This document shows, piece after piece, positions 17,950 through 27,227 of a DNA stretch of 64,000 bases. Position 1 is the first letter of the stretch. Every line of letters begins with the position of its first letter. Both the position numbers and the translations under genes were made by a program. The DNA lies in the NCBI GenBank assembly GCA_964563795.1, contig CAZLYB010000013.1:3107-67106 (forward strand). Direction: 5' to 3'. Source of the stretch: an uncultured Bacteriovoracaceae bacterium (GTDB lineage Bacteria; Bdellovibrionota; UBA1018). The notes below the pieces were generated by a model. The model saw only the letters and a list, made by a program, of their open reading frames with translations, was not told the DNA's origin and searched no databases.

Positions 17950-19692
17950 TCAAAAGGCCTGTCCGAATTGAGCTGAAAAGTAAGCGGGATCGGCCCCCGC
18001 TATTTTTTCAAGCGGCATCGCCACGTCCAAGCGAAGTACTGACGTATTGAATTGAGGGAACACGATCCGAAGTCCCGCGCCCACGGATTGATGCACGCCC
18101 AGATCTGACCAAGAGTTCAGGGCGTCACCCGCGTCGTAGAAAAAGGCGTACCCCAAATGCACCGTCTGAAGGGCCATGGAACGGCTGCGGAGCTCGGCGT
18201 TCGCCCCCCAGCTTTGAGTGCCCGAGAAATAACGAGAAGGGAATCCCCGGAGCGCGTTATCCCCGCCGAGCACGCTAAAACCCCGGTCCAAATCATAAGC
18301 ACGCCTTGAAATGCGCGCGCCCGCGTGCAAACGAAATCCAAAGATCGGAGGAGAGACGTTTTTCACGCTGAACGCGCCGATTCGATTTACCCAATCCGTC
18401 CGGGATTGCACGCCCCGTTGATGGCGCACGGATCCCGTGAGTCCGGCGAAAAAAAGGTTTTCTTCGTAGAATGCGGTCCACCCCAAGCTCAAGGCGAACT
18501 CCTCAAACTGAGATGAAAACCCCAGTCCCGGGCGGGCAGCGCGGACCTCAAATCCAAGGCTCGGTCCTAAGCGGTAATCTTCGGTGAGGGCAAACGTTTG
18601 GACATCCACCTTTCGGTCAAAACTCGTGCTGTAGGTTTGATAAGCCGCGAAGAGCATCCCCGCGCTTTCGGTCCTCGGCAGCGCTTGAGCGCTGAATTCA
18701 GAGCGGGTCGCGGCTGCAGCCACTGCTGCATCGCTCCCCAAAAGCTCGAAAGATTTGATCCATCCTTTCCATCCCCCCGAAAAATCGTGCTTCCAGCCGC
18801 TTCCATAAGAACGCGTGAGCTGGGCGAGGAAATCGGATCGACGGCGACCAAAGCGATAGGGGTAAAACTGACCGCTCGTGGAAGTGAATTGCGCGAGCTT
18901 TGGGCCTGAAAACAACCGATAGATATCTTTGCTCGAAGTAGCGGCGATTCTCCAACCCCAAGGCGCGTCGATTCGATAGAGAGGTTGACCGATGCTCAAG
19001 CCGCCGGATCCACCCTCAAGCTTCCTGGAATCGCGGTTCACGATGAAACGCGCGCTCTGTCCGAACGCAACGCGGCTCCCCAGGACCCGGGGGTCCGTGA
19101 AATTTTCGCCGACGGAGTGAGTGGCGAGATCCAAGGAATAGTCGAGCGCGATATCCTTGGTCCTGCCGGCGACGTTGGCCTCTTCCAGCTGAACTTCCAG
19201 GCTTTCGAGCGTAGAACCCACGTACGAAAAATCCGTGTTGACTCTCAAGCTCCAGAGATCTTTCGTCACCACTAGAACCACCACATGACCGTCGTCCTGG
19301 GATCGGCAAGCCACCACTCGAGCGATTGAGACGAAGAGATTTTTCCTGAGATTCCGTTCGCTTTCCAAAATCAGCCGATCCGACCAAGGTTCCCCTTCGG
19401 CAAAAAGGAGCTCCCGGCGAATCACGTCCTCGCGGGTCGTGGAGTGCACCGCGTTCAGGAACAAGGGCCAGGGATCCCGCTCATCAATCACGTCATGAGA
19501 GGCAATGATGACCTTTTCGATGATTTTTCCCTGCGGCTGGGGATCCATGCTGAGCTGGGAGCGGGATTGAACCTCTTGAATGAGGGTCTGTTGATAAGAC
19601 TCATCGGCGCTCGCGAGCTGAATGAACAAGGCGTAGAGCGCGATGCCCGTTCCCCTCAAGAAGAAAAGCCCGCTGGCTGAACCGCGCCTCAA
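17950..19692 (-). CDS. Outer-membrane beta-barrel protein, possibly Omp85/TpsB-like
   Basis: An N-terminal signal sequence, a C-terminal ...SAQFGQAF with a terminal Phe, and alternating beta-strand patterning in the C-terminal half. It is translationally coupled to the upstream acyl-CoA dehydrogenase. Confidence 0.35.
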   Translation of the reverse strand: MRRGSASGLFFLRGTGIALYALFIQLASADESYQQTLIQEVQSRSQLSMDPQPQGKIIEKVIIASHDVIDERDPWPLFLNAVHSTTREDVIRRELLFAEGEPWSDRLILESERNLRKNLFVSIARVVACRSQDDGHVVVLVVTKDLWSLRVNTDFSYVGSTLESLEVQLEEANVAGRTKDIALDYSLDLATHSVGENFTDPRVLGSRVAFGQSARFIVNRDSRKLEGGSGGLSIGQPLYRIDAPWGWRIAATSSKDIYRLFSGPKLAQFTSTSGQFYPYRFGRRRSDFLAQLTRSYGSGWKHDFSGGWKGWIKSFELLGSDAAVAAAATRSEFSAQALPRTESAGMLFAAYQTYSTSFDRKVDVQTFALTEDYRLGPSLGFEVRAARPGLGFSSQFEEFALSLGWTAFYEENLFFAGLTGSVRHQRGVQSRTDWVNRIGAFSVKNVSPPIFGFRLHAGARISRRAYDLDRGFSVLGGDNALRGFPSRYFSGTQSWGANAELRSRSMALQTVHLGYAFFYDAGDALNSWSDLGVHQSVGAGLRIVFPQFNTSVLRLDVAMPLEKIAGADPAYFSAQFGQAF

Positions 19693-21437
19693 CTCAACGT
19701 ATCCCAGGCGAAATTCTCAAGCTCCAAGGCATGGTCCGCAAGCGACTTGATGAGTTCATCATCATTGTCATCGATCTTGTTCAAGTTCGATTGAGTCCTG
19801 CGTTTTACTTGCCCCGCGAAGACCTCGAGGATCTCGATCTCTTTGGTGCACTTGCCCAGTCCCATTTTTGAGATCGTGGTATGGACTCGGCTGAGCACGC
19901 ACCCCAGGACGAAAAGGTCGATCATGATATCAGCAAGGCGCTTCGTCGCGAATTGCTTCCCAATGATCGCTTTTCCATGCTTTCTCAGGATGCGATCCGC
20001 CGCCGCGGACAAGGACCGAGTGCCTTCCTCAAAAATATTCGCGTAATTCTTGAGCGCGGGATGAAGTTTGGTGAACGAGGTTTTCGTGCCCCCCACGCCC
20101 GTCAATTGCGCCACCCTCTTGATCGTGTACTCTGAGAGGATCCCAAATCCCTTGATCGGGTCATTGAAGATGCCTTCTACGGAGCTCGCCATTTCTTTCA
20201 GTTGTTTTCCCACGTCATTCATCGCGGTGAGCGCGATGAAGAGGCGCAGAATATCGTTGGTGCCCTCGAAAATGCGGTTCACCCGGCAATCCCTGAGGAT
20301 TCGCTCGTAAGGGAACTCGCACATGTACCCATTGCCACCGGCGATCTGAAGCGCCTCATCCGCGGTCCGCCACAGGCATTCCGTGGCGAATACTTTGCTG
20401 ATGGCGGCTTCCACCGCAAAATCCTCGTAGCCTTGATCCGCGAGCCCCGCCACCATCGCCACCACCGATTCGGCCGCGTAGCACTCCACCACCATATGTC
20501 CGATCTTCTGCTTGATGAGCCCGAAGTCTGAGATGGGCTTCCCGAACTGTGAGCGCTCCTTGGATTGCTTCGTCGAAAGCGCGATGCAATGCTTCATCGC
20601 TCCCACGCATCCTCCGCCCAGCCCCGTGCGCCCAGAGTTGAGGATTTTCATCGCGACCTTGAATCCCTTACCGACTTCTCCCAGGACGTTCTCCCCGGGA
20701 ACCCGCACCTGGTCAAAATTCATCGTGGTCGTGGAGCTGGCCCGAAGCCCCATTTTATCCTCATGGGGGCCCGAAGTGACGCCCTTCATGTCACGCGTCA
20801 CGATGAAGGCCGTGATATGCCCTTCAGGCCCATCCGTCCGGGCAAACACCGTGAAGAAATCTGCGATCCCACCGTTGGTGATCCAAATCTTTTGACCGGA
20901 GAGAATCCAGTCCTTGCCATCTCGAACCGCCTTGGTCTTGAGAGCGGCGGCATCAGAACCCGCACCGGGTTCGGTCAAGCAGAACGCGGCGATCAGCTCC
21001 CCCGTCGCGAGTTTTGGGAAGTATTTTTCTTTCTGCGCGTCAGTTCCAAAAAGAACCAAGCCGCGCATCCCGATGGAGTTATGCGCGCCCACCGTCAGTG
21101 CGACCGACCCATCGAATTGCGCCATGCACTGAACGAACCGAGAATAAGCGATGCTCTTGAAGCCCACGCCACCGTACTGCTCGGGGGTCACGAGACCAAA
21201 TAAACCCACACCTTTCATTTCCTGGATGAGCTCCGCGGGAAGCTCCCCTTGGCGATCCCATTTGCGAAACTCCGGCTCTTTCGTTTTGAGCCAACTCTCC
21301 ACCGCGCTGATCATGCCCTTGAGATTGTCTTTCTCGTCTTCCTTGAGCTCCGGGAAAGGGAGGATCACTTCCTCTTCGATCTGACCCATACACAATGACC
21401 GCATGAAGCTCACTGACTTTTGCTCTGCCATGGACAT
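19689..21437 (-). CDS. Acyl-CoA dehydrogenase (VLCAD/ACAD9-like long form)
   Basis: FCLTEPGAGSDAAAL and GG.GYM..FPYER ACAD motifs, and a length of 582 aa with a C-terminal extension. Confidence 0.85.
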   Translation of the reverse strand: MSMAEQKSVSFMRSLCMGQIEEEVILPFPELKEDEKDNLKGMISAVESWLKTKEPEFRKWDRQGELPAELIQEMKGVGLFGLVTPEQYGGVGFKSIAYSRFVQCMAQFDGSVALTVGAHNSIGMRGLVLFGTDAQKEKYFPKLATGELIAAFCLTEPGAGSDAAALKTKAVRDGKDWILSGQKIWITNGGIADFFTVFARTDGPEGHITAFIVTRDMKGVTSGPHEDKMGLRASSTTTMNFDQVRVPGENVLGEVGKGFKVAMKILNSGRTGLGGGCVGAMKHCIALSTKQSKERSQFGKPISDFGLIKQKIGHMVVECYAAESVVAMVAGLADQGYEDFAVEAAISKVFATECLWRTADEALQIAGGNGYMCEFPYERILRDCRVNRIFEGTNDILRLFIALTAMNDVGKQLKEMASSVEGIFNDPIKGFGILSEYTIKRVAQLTGVGGTKTSFTKLHPALKNYANIFEEGTRSLSAAADRILRKHGKAIIGKQFATKRLADIMIDLFVLGCVLSRVHTTISKMGLGKCTKEIEILEVFAGQVKRRTQSNLNKIDDNDDELIKSLADHALELENFAWDTLS

Positions 21438-21458
21438 GCCCCTGCTTTCTTTGATTTC

Positions 21459-21487
21459 AGACTAACCGGATTCGAGGAGCATTTCAA
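21459..21487 (-). promoter_or_regulatory. Candidate sigma70 promoter for the acyl-CoA dehydrogenase gene
   Basis: On the minus strand: TTGAAA, a 17-nt spacer, then TAGTCT. An AGGGG Shine-Dalgarno sits about 8 nt before the ATG at 21437. It lies just downstream of a strong terminator. Confidence 0.3.
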
Positions 21488-21493
21488 TTGAAC

Positions 21494-21543
21494 GAAAAAA
21501 AGAATAAAAAAAACCCGGCCCCCTCGCATGAGAGGGCCGGGTT
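21494..21543 (-). terminator. Rho-independent terminator of the 21572-22573 lipoprotein gene
   Basis: The minus strand reads AACCCGGCCCTCTCATGCGAGGGGGCCGGGTT, followed by TTTTTTTTATTCTTTTTTT. This is a GC-rich 12-bp stem followed by a U-tract. Confidence 0.75.
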
Positions 21544-21571
21544 GAATTCCGATGCAAAGATCGGAGGGAGA

Positions 21572-22573
21572 TCAATCCGAGTTGAGATCTAGGGTCTTGT
21601 TCGCGTTGCAGGCGGGTTGAGCGCTCGCCAACACGGAGGCCAATCCTTGAACTGCGCTCGTGGTGTCTTTTCTCATCACAGTGATGGAGTCGCGATTTTT
21701 GATTTCGAGCTCATAGGAAGTGAAATCCCCGCGATTGAGGCTTTCTCCCTGAATTCGCGTTTGAGTGACGTCAGCGGTTTCAGCGTGGTTCGAAATCTGA
21801 TAGGTGCTCCGAACCGGGACCACGACCGAGATTTCTTCCTGACCCGCTTTGAGGCCGGTCGCTCCGCTGGTTAAAGCCTGGGCCGTCTCAAGAATCACGT
21901 GGGTCCCTTTGACGTAAGTAGGGTTGCGAAGGATCTCATAGCGAACGCTCACGCTGATCCGGGCCTTTTGATTTTTGGAAATGCAGCTGGTTTTGGAGAG
22001 GCTCCAGCCGGACTTCAAGATATCCTGGGCTTGAATCTCGGCTTTGCCCATCGAAAGCCCCTCGGATTTGCAGAAATCCTTCAGCGCGGAACGAGCGGCC
22101 TTTGAAAGCTGCTGAGTCTGCTCGTTCAATTGCTTCTCGAGATTTTTATCGCGATCAGCGACGTTCTTCTTCTCGTTTTCATTGTAACCGATGATGCTGT
22201 CCGAGGTGTCTCGCATTTTATCGCGCATCCGATCCAGGTTTTTTTCAAAACGGGCCGCGATTTTCTGATGCGTCGCCGTCGCGCTGTCCGCTCGGCCGTC
22301 ATTCAAAGGGAGCATGCCTTCGTTCAGGATGGCGAGGGCGGTTTTTTCGGCTTGATCCAAAACAGCAGCTGCAGGCTGCAGGGCTTCTTTCTCGGCCTGA
22401 GCGCAGGCCGGATCAATGTCTTTCGCCGCAATTTTCAAACCCGATGCATTCGCACCAGCAGAGGCGGAAGCGTCGGCCTTCTTGGCGGGGCTTTTGGTTT
22501 GGGCCTTTCCACAGGCCATGAACGAGCAAGCGATCAGTCCGCTCGCCAGAATTAAAGAATAACGCTTTGACAT
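21572..22573 (-). CDS. Hypothetical lipoprotein, coiled-coil rich
   Basis: The start is set at the second Met (MSKRYSLILASGLIACSF, lipobox) because a GGAGG sits 8 nt upstream. The protein is Lys/Glu/Ala-rich. Confidence 0.5.
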   Translation of the reverse strand: MSKRYSLILASGLIACSFMACGKAQTKSPAKKADASASAGANASGLKIAAKDIDPACAQAEKEALQPAAAVLDQAEKTALAILNEGMLPLNDGRADSATATHQKIAARFEKNLDRMRDKMRDTSDSIIGYNENEKKNVADRDKNLEKQLNEQTQQLSKAARSALKDFCKSEGLSMGKAEIQAQDILKSGWSLSKTSCISKNQKARISVSVRYEILRNPTYVKGTHVILETAQALTSGATGLKAGQEEISVVVPVRSTYQISNHAETADVTQTRIQGESLNRGDFTSYELEIKNRDSITVMRKDTTSAVQGLASVLASAQPACNANKTLDLNSD

Positions 22574-22738
22574 AAAATGAGTTCCTCCTTCAAAGAACTG
22601 ACAATTCCAATGAACCGCGTTCGCCAAAGCAAATCCCGCACCACACGACTGGTGCGAATGCGCCCCAAAGCGGAAAAAGAGTTAGTGAGGTACGGGTAGA
22701 AAAAGAAGGACTGGCCTGAGCAAAAAAAAGACAGCTGT

Positions 22739-23929
22739 TTAAGGGATGGACGGCAACAGGGAAGCTTCGGAAGAACTGACTTCCCGGATCGCCTGACCTA
22801 AATTTCGAAAGAGGCCTTCAACATGGGCGAGATAAGCTTCTCGATCGCGGGCCTGGGATTGGAAGCGACTCCCCACTTCCTTCCACCAAGCCGCATCTTG
22901 AGCCTTTTCCGGAATGAGGTCCAAATAGGGCCCGACGATCGGCGGAAAAAAGCGCAGGCTCAGCGAAGCGGCTTCCGACGCTTTTCCCATCGCTTCTTCG
23001 GCGAGCGCGATCACGCGGCTTTGAATTTCGTCGGGGTCTTGCCGCAGGGCTTTTGCCTTCCCGCCCTGAAGGGACTGAATCAAGCTCATCCGAATCGTGG
23101 GCTGGGAAAGCGGATCACCGGCGTCCAGGATCTTCCCAATGCCATCTTCATAGGCGAAATGATAGTAAGTGATGATTCGAGTCACTTTGACTACCCACTC
23201 GCTCGCCGTGCTCCACTCACGGAAGCGAAAAGCCGGCAGCATAAGGAACCACTTCGAAGGCGTTTGGGCGGTATGAAACGGCTGAGTCACATCCTCGAGA
23301 TAATGAAGCGCGTTCGCCAAAAATCGAGTCGCCCAATAGGGATGCCCTTTTTTTGCCGCGCGCCGGGACCAGAGCAACCAAAGCTCCGCTCGATCCGGGG
23401 CATGACCCATGCTCTTGAAAAACTTGCTCAAGGGAAGCTTCATTCCCGTCACGAAAGAGCGGAACTGAAAAGGCCAGAACATGTGGCGGAATGCTTGCGA
23501 GGGTGCGCCGGTTTTTCCGCCCATCATCGAAAGCTCCGGCCCCCAGAGCTCCGGATAGGGATCAAAAAGCTCCTGATCCATTCCCCAATCCGGTTCATCG
23601 GCATAGGTGGAAAGCACTTTCGCCCAGAGAACGGTTTTCCCGACCCTCTCTTGAGCCTGCGGGATTTTAAAAGGAAATGTGAGCGAAGGGGCGATCTTGA
23701 GATTCTTTTTGAGCGCGTCTAAACTTTCAAACCCCAAGTCATGAATCAGCTGATCCAATGAGGTCACTCGGAGCGGGCGATTTTTCAGTGTAACAGGCAG
23801 CGAATTCAGCGCGGCTTGGGTGATTAAGTCATGACGGGACCAAGCCTGGGCTTGGGCGCTGAGTCCGGCGATCCCCAGAACGATCCATCCCCAGTTTTTT
23901 AACCCACACCCTCTTTCGCGGAAGCGCAT
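22739..23929 (-). CDS. Secreted zinc-dependent phospholipase C family protein
   Basis: The signal peptide ends AQA|WS, so the mature N-terminus is Trp, as in Zn-PLCs. HYLEDVTQPFHTAQ matches the HYFGDIDTPYH zinc-ligand motif of Bacillus/Clostridium PLC. Confidence 0.55.
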   Translation of the reverse strand: MRFRERGCGLKNWGWIVLGIAGLSAQAQAWSRHDLITQAALNSLPVTLKNRPLRVTSLDQLIHDLGFESLDALKKNLKIAPSLTFPFKIPQAQERVGKTVLWAKVLSTYADEPDWGMDQELFDPYPELWGPELSMMGGKTGAPSQAFRHMFWPFQFRSFVTGMKLPLSKFFKSMGHAPDRAELWLLWSRRAAKKGHPYWATRFLANALHYLEDVTQPFHTAQTPSKWFLMLPAFRFREWSTASEWVVKVTRIITYYHFAYEDGIGKILDAGDPLSQPTIRMSLIQSLQGGKAKALRQDPDEIQSRVIALAEEAMGKASEAASLSLRFFPPIVGPYLDLIPEKAQDAAWWKEVGSRFQSQARDREAYLAHVEGLFRNLGQAIREVSSSEASLLPSIP

Positions 23930-23957
23930 GGGTGCAGTCTAACTGAAGAAGGACCGA

Positions 23958-24218
23958 CTAGCGATGTCGGTTTTTTTTGTGTTTTTTACCCTTTTTCTTA
24001 TGACTCGCCGTCTTACGATTGGTTTTCGTTTTCGCACGCTTTGATTTTTTGGAGTTCTTTTTTACGTGCTGAGACGAAGAGTGCTTTTTGCCGTGAATCC
24101 CTTTAGACTTCTTGGACTTAGCAAAAGCGTCTCCTCCGCTTGAAAGCAAAAAGAGCAGCGTGATGACGACGGAAAGGGTTTTAAGTGCCCGCTTTTTCAT
24201 ATTCGATCTGATCGGCAA
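23958..24218 (-). CDS. Small polycationic secreted protein (86 aa, Lys/His-rich)
   Basis: A signal peptide MKKRALKTLSVVITLLFLLSSGGDAFA is followed by about 55 aa that are more than 50% Lys, His or Arg. It lies 28 nt upstream of the PLC gene on the same strand. Confidence 0.4.
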   Translation of the reverse strand: MPIRSNMKKRALKTLSVVITLLFLLSSGGDAFAKSKKSKGIHGKKHSSSQHVKKNSKKSKRAKTKTNRKTASHKKKGKKHKKNRHR

Positions 24219-24256
24219 AATGGGAGGGAACCTGAGAAAAACCTTTCCAAACCCAA

Positions 24257-24275
24257 AATGCCCGTGTTACGGGCA
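24257..24275 (+). promoter_or_regulatory. Perfect 8-bp inverted repeat ATGCCCGT-GTT-ACGGGCAT 7 nt upstream of the symporter start
   Basis: Seen directly in the sequence. It could be an operator or a hairpin in the 5' UTR. Confidence 0.3.
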
Positions 24276-24281
24276 TGTCAC

Positions 24282-25616
24282 ATGAAAAAGATTCTGATTT
24301 TATTGAAAAAAACTACGATCACTCAATGGATTTTCGTCGCCCTGGTGGGCGGCTTTTTAGTGGGCGTTTTTGCCCCGAGCCTCATCCCCGTGGTGAAGCC
24401 CTTTCGAGGGCTTTTCTTGAACGGGATCAAGTGCATCATCGCCCCGCTGATTTTTTCCACTATCGTCACGGGGATCGCCTCAGCCGGGAGCTTCAAGCAA
24501 CTGGGTCTCATGGGCGTCCGCGCGCTCCTTTACTTTGAGGTCGTCACCACGCTTGCTCTGGTCGTGGGCTTGGTCATGGTCAACGTCTTTCGACCAGGCG
24601 ATGGATTGCACTTGGCGGCTCATTTGCCCGATGCCGCAGCTAAAGCCGCCGCGACCAAAATGTCCTTCGGAGCATTCATCGAGCACCTGCTCCCCACCAA
24701 CATCGCTGACGCCATCGTTCGCGGGGATGTGCTTCAAATCGTGATCTTCTCCACCCTGTTCGCCATGGCCGTCTTGGCCATCGGAGAGCGAGGCCGCCCC
24801 ATCTTTAGCTTTTGCGAATCTTTGGCTGAAGTCATGTTCAGGTTCACGGGCTACATCATGGTGCTCGCTCCTTTCGGGGTCGGGGCAGCTTTGGCCGTAA
24901 GCGTCGCGGAGCATGGATGGCAGGTGATCTTCCCGCTGCTCAAATTAGTGGGAACCCTTTACTTCGCTCTCGCGGTATTTTTGGTGGCGGTGCTCTACCC
25001 GGTTTGCCGGCTCTTTAAAATCCCCGTCTTTGCGTTCTTGAAACAGATTAAGAGCCCCGTGATTCTGGCGTTCGCAACCACTTCAAGCGAATCCGCATAC
25101 CCAGCCGCCCTTTCGGCAATGGAGCGATTCGGGGTTCCGCGGCGCATTACGAGCTTTGTCCTCCCCATGGGCTACAGCTTCAACTTGGACGGCTCCACCC
25201 TGTATCTCGCATTGGCATCAGTTTTCGTGGCGCAAGCGGCGGGAGTGGAACTTTCCTTGGCCCAGCAAATCCTCATCATGCTTACGCTGATGCTCACCAC
25301 GAAAGGCGTAGCCGCGGTTCCCCGTGCCTCGATCGTGGTGCTCTCAGGGACTCTGACGACCTTTGGGCTTCCATTGGAAGGGATTGCGCTCATTTTGGCC
25401 GTTGATGAATTCATGGACATGGCTCGTACCGGAGTCAATCTGCTCGGCAATTGCTTGGCTACGGCAGTCATTGCGAGAACTGAGGGGATTTCTCTTCCCT
25501 CGCCCGCTGCTGCTTTTGCGGATGCCATTGACCCCACAACCTCCCAGCCTTTAGGTCTCCGAACCGAATCCCAAGGCGCTTCATCAGAGTCTTCCCACTC
25601 CTCGCAAACGAGATGA
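24282..25616 (+). CDS. Dicarboxylate/amino-acid:cation symporter (DAACS, GltP/DctA-like)
   Basis: Polytopic, with the characteristic serine-rich AFATTSSESAYPA re-entrant loop motif. The start is set at the ATG at 24282. Confidence 0.85.
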   Translation: MKKILILLKKTTITQWIFVALVGGFLVGVFAPSLIPVVKPFRGLFLNGIKCIIAPLIFSTIVTGIASAGSFKQLGLMGVRALLYFEVVTTLALVVGLVMVNVFRPGDGLHLAAHLPDAAAKAAATKMSFGAFIEHLLPTNIADAIVRGDVLQIVIFSTLFAMAVLAIGERGRPIFSFCESLAEVMFRFTGYIMVLAPFGVGAALAVSVAEHGWQVIFPLLKLVGTLYFALAVFLVAVLYPVCRLFKIPVFAFLKQIKSPVILAFATTSSESAYPAALSAMERFGVPRRITSFVLPMGYSFNLDGSTLYLALASVFVAQAAGVELSLAQQILIMLTLMLTTKGVAAVPRASIVVLSGTLTTFGLPLEGIALILAVDEFMDMARTGVNLLGNCLATAVIARTEGISLPSPAAAFADAIDPTTSQPLGLRTESQGASSESSHSSQTR

Positions 25617-26101
25617 GCGGGCTCATTTGCCTTCAAGAATATTACTCCCCCCAAAGCCGTTGCTTCGGGTGCGGTCCGGGCAATGAACTGGGCCTGAAAA
25701 TCCAGAGTCTTGCCCCTCAAGACGCGCCTCATTCAAAAGGCGTAAAAATTGCCGCGCATTGGCGCGCTCAACCTCACCATCAAGCCTTTCCAGGAGTCGT
25801 TAACGGCGGGATCATCGGCGCCTTGCTCGATTGCCACTCCAACTGGACCGCGGCATGGGCACTGATGGTGGAGCAAAAACAACCTCGCCCACCGTGCACC
25901 GTCACGGCGAGTTACTCCGTTCAATTGCTGCGCCCCACTCCCAGTGAAACAGAATTGACCCTAGAAGCCTGGGTAAAGGAAATTTCTTCCGACCGAGCGA
26001 CGATTGACGCTACGCTTTCAGCCAAGGGAAAGCTCTGCGCCCGATGCGAAGGGGTTTTTGTCGCCGTGTCACCGGGACACCCTGCTTACCACCGCTGGTA
26101 G
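25613..26101 (+). CDS. Hotdog-fold thioesterase (PaaI/DUF4442-like)
   Basis: 162 aa with the motifs HQAFPGVVNGGIIGALLDCHSNW, typical of the 4HBT/PaaI thioesterase fold. It overlaps the symporter stop. Confidence 0.55.
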   Translation: MSGLICLQEYYSPQSRCFGCGPGNELGLKIQSLAPQDAPHSKGVKIAAHWRAQPHHQAFPGVVNGGIIGALLDCHSNWTAAWALMVEQKQPRPPCTVTASYSVQLLRPTPSETELTLEAWVKEISSDRATIDATLSAKGKLCARCEGVFVAVSPGHPAYHRW

Positions 26102-26175
26102 AGCGCGAAATCAGCGTGCTACTTGCAAAATCAGAAGAGAACAGGTAGTTCCTGCTGGAGTTTGCATTCATCTGT

Positions 26176-26250
26176 TGGAGTGTAGCTCAGCGGGAGAGCA
26201 TCCCCTTCACACGGGGAGGGTCGTAGGTTCAATCCCTATCACTCCAACCA
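26176..26250 (+). tRNA. tRNA-Val (anticodon CAC)
   Basis: TGGAGTGTAGCTCAGCGGGAGAGCATCCCCTTCACACGGGGAGGGTCGTAGGTTCAATCCCTATCACTCCAACCA folds as a cloverleaf with anticodon loop TTCACAC, T-loop TTCAATC and an encoded CCA. Confidence 0.85.
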
Positions 26251-26328
26251 TTTTAGTTTTAATTTCTTTTAAACAAGACACTCCGAAAAGAACCTTTTAT
26301 CGTTAAAGGACAAAAAGGAGAATCAGCG

Positions 26329-26817
26329 ATGGGGCAACTCTTGGATGTCAATTTCATCAAACCCTTTATCGAAGGGGCGATCCATACTCTTAAAGTTCAA
26401 TGCCAAGTGGAGGCTAAAGTAGGAAAACCCTACATGAAAAGCCAGGAGCCTGGGGATTCCCCAAAAATGGATATTGCCGGCATCATCGGCATCACCAGCG
26501 ATTCCTTCAAGGGTTCCATTTCACTTTGCTTTCCTGAGAGAACTTTTTTGGCGATCATGGGCCGAATGTTGGGCGAGACTTACACCGCCATCACGAAAGA
26601 CGTGGAGGACGGCGCCGGAGAGCTCACGAACATCATCTTTGGCGCGGCAAAAAGGGTGCTCAACGAAAAGGGGCACACCATCCAGAAAGCGCTTCCCAGC
26701 GTAGTATGCGGATCCGGGTTGAAAGTCCGTCACTTGACGACGACGCCCACAGTCGTGCTACCGTTTGAAACGGAGCTGGGCGCTTTTGCCATTGAAGTCG
26801 GGATCGAACCCATTTGA
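26329..26817 (+). CDS. CheX-like chemotaxis phosphatase (CheC/CheX family)
   Basis: 162 aa. N-terminal LLDVNFIKPFIEGAIHTL and the CheX family's conserved GELTNIIFG motif. An AAGGAG Shine-Dalgarno precedes the start. Confidence 0.6.
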   Translation: MGQLLDVNFIKPFIEGAIHTLKVQCQVEAKVGKPYMKSQEPGDSPKMDIAGIIGITSDSFKGSISLCFPERTFLAIMGRMLGETYTAITKDVEDGAGELTNIIFGAAKRVLNEKGHTIQKALPSVVCGSGLKVRHLTTTPTVVLPFETELGAFAIEVGIEPI

Positions 26818-26834
26818 ACGACGGAGAAAAACGC

Positions 26835-27227
26835 ATGTTCGACTTGAAAACGCGAATTCTGATCATCGATGACATGAGCACAATGCGAAAGCTGGTGACC
26901 AAAGCCTGCAAAGAGATCGGCTTCACCGAATTTCTTGAAGCTTCGGATGGGGCGCTGGGATGGGAAGCGCTGAACTCAGCGAGTCCCCCGGTCGGCCTCA
27001 TCATTTCGGATTGGAACATGCCCAATTGCACGGGGCTCGACCTCTTGAAGCGGGTTCGCGGGGATCAACGCTTCAAGCAACTGCCTTTTTTGCTGGTAAC
27101 CGCCGAAGCGGAGAAAAGCCAAATCCTCGAAGCGCTCCAAGCTTCAGTGAGCGGATATGTCGTGAAACCCTTTACCGCGGAGACACTCAAGCTCCAGCTT
27201 GAGCAGGCGCATAAAAAGCTCTCTTGA
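26835..27227 (+). CDS. CheY-like single-domain response regulator
   Basis: RILIIDD, the phospho-acceptor context LIISDWNMP and YVVKPF. The start is moved from a TTG to the ATG at 26835, where GGAGA sits 7 nt upstream. Confidence 0.8.
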   Translation: MFDLKTRILIIDDMSTMRKLVTKACKEIGFTEFLEASDGALGWEALNSASPPVGLIISDWNMPNCTGLDLLKRVRGDQRFKQLPFLLVTAEAEKSQILEALQASVSGYVVKPFTAETLKLQLEQAHKKLS

